DNA of 64,000 nucleotides from Alphaproteobacteria bacterium (GTDB lineage Bacteria; Pseudomonadota; Alphaproteobacteria; Rs-D84): NCBI GenBank assembly GCA_017960855.1, contig JAGCYJ010000008.1, positions 44,654 to 108,653 of the forward strand, read 5' to 3'. Shown piece by piece: positions 59,550 to 64,000 of this stretch (position 1 is its first letter; each line of letters starts with the position of its first letter). The notes under the pieces were generated by a model. It saw only the letters and a program-made list of their open reading frames with translations, ran no database searches and was not told where the DNA came from. The position numbers and the translations under genes were made by a program.

Positions 59550-60158
59550 TTATTTCTTTTTCGGTGGCGTGAACTGGTACGCCAATCTGCAATGTTCATA
59601 GCAATATGGTTTTCCGGTAAATACCTGTTTCCCACAAAAGTGGAAATTTTCAGAATCTGGATCGCCAATTGGCCAGCGACATTGATTCGGTTTTAAATTC
59701 GCCATTTCCAACGAATGTTGAATAATGCGCTGATGCATTGCAAGGTTTTTTGATACAGAACTTTTACTTGTCTTGGTTTTTTCCTTGGGCTCTGCGGTGG
59801 TCTTGATCGTGGTCTTTTTAGTTTCCACCTTGGTCGCCGTTTTTCCCTTGGCCTTTACGGTTGTTGCCGCTTTTTTCGCCGGCGTTTTTGGTTTAGCCGC
59901 TGGCTTTACCGCAGTCGCTTTTTTAGCCGTGGTTTTTGTCGGCGTTTTCTTTGTTGTGACGGTCGCCTTTTTCGTCGCCGTCTTGGTGGCTGTTTTAGGT
60001 GTTGCGCCGGCCTTGGCATTCCAACCCAAACGATTTAATTTTCCAACAACAGCATTTTTTGATAAACCCAAACGCTTTCCAATTTCAGATGTTGATAACC
60101 CTTTACCCATAAGGGATTTCAGTTTCTTTAAAGTTGCGTTGTCCCAACCTTTACTCAT
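59550..60158 (-). CDS. gcrA: GcrA cell-cycle regulator.
   Basis: The N-terminus is W..A....L..L...G.S.SEIGKRLG.SKNAV.GK..RLG and the C-terminus is CRWPIGDP...FHFCG...KPYCYEHC..AY. This family is alphaproteobacteria-specific. Confidence 0.8.
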   Translation of the reverse strand: MSKGWDNATLKKLKSLMGKGLSTSEIGKRLGLSKNAVVGKLNRLGWNAKAGATPKTATKTATKKATVTTKKTPTKTTAKKATAVKPAAKPKTPAKKAATTVKAKGKTATKVETKKTTIKTTAEPKEKTKTSKSSVSKNLAMHQRIIQHSLEMANLKPNQCRWPIGDPDSENFHFCGKQVFTGKPYCYEHCRLAYQFTPPKKK

Positions 60159-60243
60159 TTTACAAAATCCTTGTTATCACTTGTTATCATTTATTATATA
60201 ATAAGTGTATCATAGTTCCGAATCGAAACGCAAGGGAGAAAAC

Positions 60244-60717
60244 ATGATTTTTTATTTATTTTTAGCAATTTTATTTGCCGCGGCAATCGGGTGTGCAATC
60301 GCTATTTCTGTGGCTGATTTTCGTCGTCGTATTATCCCAGATGCCTATCTGGTGCCATTATTTCTGATTGGGTTGCTGATTACGAATATAATGCCAAACT
60401 GGGTTTGCAGTTCCAAAACCGCCGCAATCGGCGCATTTGTGGGCTATGCACTGGGGGCAATTACCGGTTATATATTTGACCTTATACGCCGCCGACACAA
60501 CCCAGACGCCGACACCCCGATCGGCATGGGTGACATCAAATTATTGGCGACCGGCGGTTTATGGCTGGGGCTGAACGGATTGGCAATTGCACTGGTGTTA
60601 TCATGCGTATTTGGTGGCATATGGGCCCAGGTAAGAAAACAGCGGTTTATTCCGTTTGCGCCGTTCTTTGTTGCCGGTTCAATTTTGTCTTTAATTATAG
60701 TCGCATTTTTGTTATAA
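60244..60717 (+). CDS. A24-family prepilin peptidase (CpaA/TadV-like, short form).
   Basis: Multi-TM, with the GMGDIKLLA motif and Asp residues at conserved positions. Confidence 0.65.
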   Translation: MIFYLFLAILFAAAIGCAIAISVADFRRRIIPDAYLVPLFLIGLLITNIMPNWVCSSKTAAIGAFVGYALGAITGYIFDLIRRRHNPDADTPIGMGDIKLLATGGLWLGLNGLAIALVLSCVFGGIWAQVRKQRFIPFAPFFVAGSILSLIIVAFLL

Positions 60718-60739
60718 TACACTGTAACAGGGATGTAAG

Positions 60740-61852
60740 ATGAGAGTGAATTACAGCATATTTTCCATGATATGTATGGCTGTTTTGGCACAGACGGCGG
60801 ACGCTGCACCGATTTCAACAAGTTCTTCGTCGGTCCAGCCGATATCGCAATACGGCCTTATTCAAAATGTCCAAAATTATTCATCCAATCCATTTTGGAA
60901 TCCGAACGGTTTGTATAATCAGCGCATGCCCCAGCCAGTATATGCCCAGGGCGCAGACCTGAACACCGCTGATTGTCAACGCACCGTTGGAACACTGGTC
61001 GCGGCGTATTGTATGGATAACAATAATTGTGTCGGAATGCAGTTGTCCGATATCCGTCCGGCTATGATGTTGCGCTTGGCGCGTTTGCCGGGGCACAATT
61101 ATGCGACATCTTGCGCTGGGTTTATCGATTCGGAATTTGAAAGTTATGTTTCCAAATATTCCAACGCGGGACCGACCGGTTCTTATACACCATTTCCAAA
61201 CGGAACCGTTGCAAATCCTGCGCTGAATGAAAGTGAATTTAAAATAGAAAACCCATATCAAATTCGTAACCGCACATGGAATAACGAAGAATGGGAAAAA
61301 GAAAAGGGCGAACGGTACCTGGAATTACAGGAATTACAATCAATGAACGGCGCCAATGATATTTACTTGGCGCGCGCTGATTATCCGGCAACTGCGAACG
61401 ATTTGACTTTTTCAGAAAGCATCGAATTAAAAACGTCTGGTTATGAACCATACAAAGACGCATCGCCATACGCCCCACCATTTAAAATTGAAACAGAAGA
61501 GCAGGCGCTATCTCGCCAGCAATCTACCCGTAATGCATGGTGCGCATTACATCCAGACGACGTTGACAGATGTCCACAAAAAAAAAACCAGAAGAACAAC
61601 GACCCAGACGATACACGATATTGCAAAGACCATCGCGATGATTATGACAAGTGCCCAGTAGAATATTGCGAAGACCATCCGGACGATTACGATAAGTGCC
61701 CGGAACAATATTGTCAAAACTCGGCTCATCATGATGATTTTGCAAAGTGTCCAAGGGAATTTTGTAGAAAAAATCCAACCGACCCACAGTGTGCTAGCTT
61801 ACCTCCGGATGATGATGATTTGAACCCTCCGATTGTCGTTACTGGATTCTAA
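60740..61852 (+). CDS. Secreted hypothetical protein with C-terminal DDYDKCP(x)YC repeats.
   Basis: Signal peptide MRVNYSIFSMICMAVLAQTADA. The repeats are DYDKCPVEYCEDHPDDYDKCPEQYC...DFAKCPREFC. Confidence 0.5.
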   Translation: MRVNYSIFSMICMAVLAQTADAAPISTSSSSVQPISQYGLIQNVQNYSSNPFWNPNGLYNQRMPQPVYAQGADLNTADCQRTVGTLVAAYCMDNNNCVGMQLSDIRPAMMLRLARLPGHNYATSCAGFIDSEFESYVSKYSNAGPTGSYTPFPNGTVANPALNESEFKIENPYQIRNRTWNNEEWEKEKGERYLELQELQSMNGANDIYLARADYPATANDLTFSESIELKTSGYEPYKDASPYAPPFKIETEEQALSRQQSTRNAWCALHPDDVDRCPQKKNQKNNDPDDTRYCKDHRDDYDKCPVEYCEDHPDDYDKCPEQYCQNSAHHDDFAKCPREFCRKNPTDPQCASLPPDDDDLNPPIVVTGF

Positions 61853-61882
61853 CCAAGGTTGATACAACGATAGGATGAAAAT

Positions 61883-62764
61883 ATGCATTTTGTTAATAAA
61901 CTTTTTGGTTGTGCATTTACATTAACCGCATTAGTTACGAATGCGGCTGTATGTGGACAACCCCAACCAAATATCTACAAATGTGTAGATGATGTCACCA
62001 AAGACGCAAATTTCCTTAGTGATATAAAAAACATTTTTGGTGGCCAGGACATAGTTACTGCGGATTTTGTTAGACAGAACAAGACAAAAATTCTCCAAAA
62101 ACTTGGTGAATATGTTCATAAATACTGTTTTGAGCGTGATGGATATTTTGAAGAACTTAATAAAATTGCAGATGAAGATTCTATTTATATAAGCTTTATT
62201 CTAGGTAAACAACCATATGAAATTCCCATAAAAACCGATGATATATTTGACTATCTTGAAAACACGCCTACTGCTTTTTGGGTGATAAATAAGATAAATC
62301 TTTCTACTGGGGATACAGTAAAAAAGTCTAAAATTTCCGATTATTATTTCTTTGCAGATGACTGCTCAGATCATAACGTGGAGTTTGCTGACAGAAGTGC
62401 AACTGTGTACCTAGCTGGGAATGCAGCTTTTTCTACAACAAAAAAGGAAAATTTCTATCTTGATTTTCCTGTTGGCCATGGGTGTAGAACGTTTCCTGGA
62501 TTGCTTCTAAGATATTATGATGGCTATCTTAGCATAGCTTATATTCCCAATTATAAAGAAGCACGTAAAACGTACAAAACTTTTGCCAATAATTTACAAA
62601 ATGGCAACTGTAGTGGTACAAAGAATCGTGAACAAACAGACAAATTGGCTGTGTATCATGTCAAAATTCCAGTAATACCAACGGTTAAAGATATATATTG
62701 GAGTTCAAAATTAGAAGATATAGCAGAGGTTGTCGTTTTATCAGATCCCATAGTTATTAGATAG
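61883..62764 (+). CDS. Secreted hypothetical protein (293 aa), AT-richer.
   Basis: Signal peptide MHFVNKLFGCAFTLTALVTNAAVC. Confidence 0.5.
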   Translation: MHFVNKLFGCAFTLTALVTNAAVCGQPQPNIYKCVDDVTKDANFLSDIKNIFGGQDIVTADFVRQNKTKILQKLGEYVHKYCFERDGYFEELNKIADEDSIYISFILGKQPYEIPIKTDDIFDYLENTPTAFWVINKINLSTGDTVKKSKISDYYFFADDCSDHNVEFADRSATVYLAGNAAFSTTKKENFYLDFPVGHGCRTFPGLLLRYYDGYLSIAYIPNYKEARKTYKTFANNLQNGNCSGTKNREQTDKLAVYHVKIPVIPTVKDIYWSSKLEDIAEVVVLSDPIVIR

Positions 62765-62774
62765 AGTGATTCTC

Positions 62775-64000
62775 ATGAAAAAATTAACTGTTTCATTATT
62801 TGCGATTTTGTTCTCTCTTAACGCATTTGCAGAAGAGGGTGTCCAGTTATCCCCAACCGCCGAAGAAATATTATACGGCGAACCCGCCAACACACAGTGT
62901 GCCACATCTGTATTTGCCAATGCATTAAAGAAAAACGCCTCTGCTGTTTCCGAAGAAGATGATGAACAAACAATTCAACAATGGATTTATGGTGTTTTTG
63001 CCGACCCAGATGTTTTAACCGAAGTACTGGCATGCCCAGAAATGCAATATTTTGCGGATGATGAAAGTGTTCGTTTTATGCCGATTCAATATATTTTTCC
63101 AAACGGCCGGCAAATCACCATCAATTATGAAACACAACCCCAGGTACTAAAACAACGTATCACACTGGGTTCCAAACGTTCAACCGAAGCACTTAATGAC
63201 CCCAGCCCACGAATTGGTATCAGTGGTGATAACAGCATTTGGACGAATACAGATCCCGCATGGTACGCAATTATGGTTGTTCAACATGGGGCATTGGATA
63301 ATTTTGTTGGCCCCGATAAGAACAACACAATATCTATAAAATACATAAACGAAAACATTGATAAATTGTATCCACGTGGGGCAACCTGTACCAGTAAAAG
63401 CGCACTGGCCGATGACGATTACATGATAAACGTTGCCACTCATTATACCGTTGACATGGAAAACGATACCAACGATTACTATGTCGCTGGCGACGCTAAT
63501 TTACAATGGATTTCATACACCGAAATTGCACTGGATGTTGTCGTGACTGTTGCGACAATGGGTGGTGGTGCGGTTATTACCGGCATAACAAAGTCCGCCC
63601 GCGCATCCAAAGTGGTTAAAAACCTGTCACGCATTATACATGGGCTGGATCGCGCAGATACCCTAGCACGATTAAAAAAATATCAAAAATTAGAAAAAGA
63701 ATTGAGCGCACTTGATAAAGCACGTGATGCAGCCAAATATGAAAAAACATTTAACGAACTTAAAACAGTAGAAAAGCAACTACATAACATAGACAAATTG
63801 ACTGACGCATCAAAATATTCAAAGGAAATTGAGGCACTGGAAAAAGCAACCCAAGCAGTTCAAGATTATGTAAAACTAGAAACCAAATGGGACAAATCTC
63901 AACGAACGATCAGAAGAATTAAGAAAGTTCAAGAACTTGAACAAGATTTGGCAAAAATGGACAAAGTTGCAGACGGAGCCAAATATACTGATAAATTAAA
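62775..64000 (+). CDS. Secreted protein with C-terminal ~30-aa coiled-coil repeats. Partial: it runs off the window end.
   Basis: Signal peptide MKKLTVSLFAILFSLNAFA. The frame stays open to nt 64000. The C-terminal repeats are DAAKYEKTF...DASKYSKEI...DGAKYTDKL. It is absent from the ORF track because no stop lies in the window. Confidence 0.5.
   Translation, partial: MKKLTVSLFAILFSLNAFAEEGVQLSPTAEEILYGEPANTQCATSVFANALKKNASAVSEEDDEQTIQQWIYGVFADPDVLTEVLACPEMQYFADDESVRFMPIQYIFPNGRQITINYETQPQVLKQRITLGSKRSTEALNDPSPRIGISGDNSIWTNTDPAWYAIMVVQHGALDNFVGPDKNNTISIKYINENIDKLYPRGATCTSKSALADDDYMINVATHYTVDMENDTNDYYVAGDANLQWISYTEIALDVVVTVATMGGGAVITGITKSARASKVVKNLSRIIHGLDRADTLARLKKYQKLEKELSALDKARDAAKYEKTFNELKTVEKQLHNIDKLTDASKYSKEIEALEKATQAVQDYVKLETKWDKSQRTIRRIKKVQELEQDLAKMDKVADGAKYTDKL

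Noticed and set aside
1-64000. CRISPR arrays, rRNA genes, IS elements/transposases, integrase genes
   Set aside because: I searched visually for short regularly spaced direct repeats, rRNA-like conserved stretches, DDE/tyrosine-recombinase motifs and terminal inverted repeats and found none. The only tandem DNA repeats are coding (the 54000-54470 array and the degenerate LRR arrays).

Overview
This 64 kb window looks like chromosome from an alphaproteobacterium. The main evidence is a GcrA cell-cycle regulator, a ruvB–ybgC–tolQ–tolR–tolA gene order, an RpoH-type dnaK promoter and an rplM–rpsI pair. Its content suggests a host-associated or intracellular lifestyle. The core housekeeping genes are dnaK, dnaE, secA, ruvB, argS, tig, thyA, rpsA, rplY, rplM/rpsI, gpmI, pfk, tadA, rsmD, rsmH, acpS, an OmpR-type two-component pair, corA and the tol cluster. 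Accessory and unusual loci are interleaved with them. (1) Two tandem paralogous LRR proteins, effector-like and lacking a signal peptide, lie next to tRNA-Gly. (2) A 2356-aa secreted giant protein combines EGF-like Cys modules, four large 'FYVDWGDG' super-repeats and long arrays of ~30-aa LRR-like repeats. (3) Two paralogous small radical-SAM genes are each followed immediately by an HNH or Cys/His-finger gene. (4) Both tRNAs in the window, Gly-CCC and Pro-GGG, are followed by a truncated copy of their own 3' end that is interrupted in the T-loop, which looks like an integration scar. (5) There are Cys-rich, His-rich and acidic low-complexity secreted proteins, plus an AT-richer block of secreted protein genes at the 3' end. 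An RNase P RNA gene is present that the ORF track cannot show. Many intergenic regions carry clean rho-independent terminators, four of them reusing the same hairpin sequence. No CRISPR array, rRNA or obvious transposase was seen.
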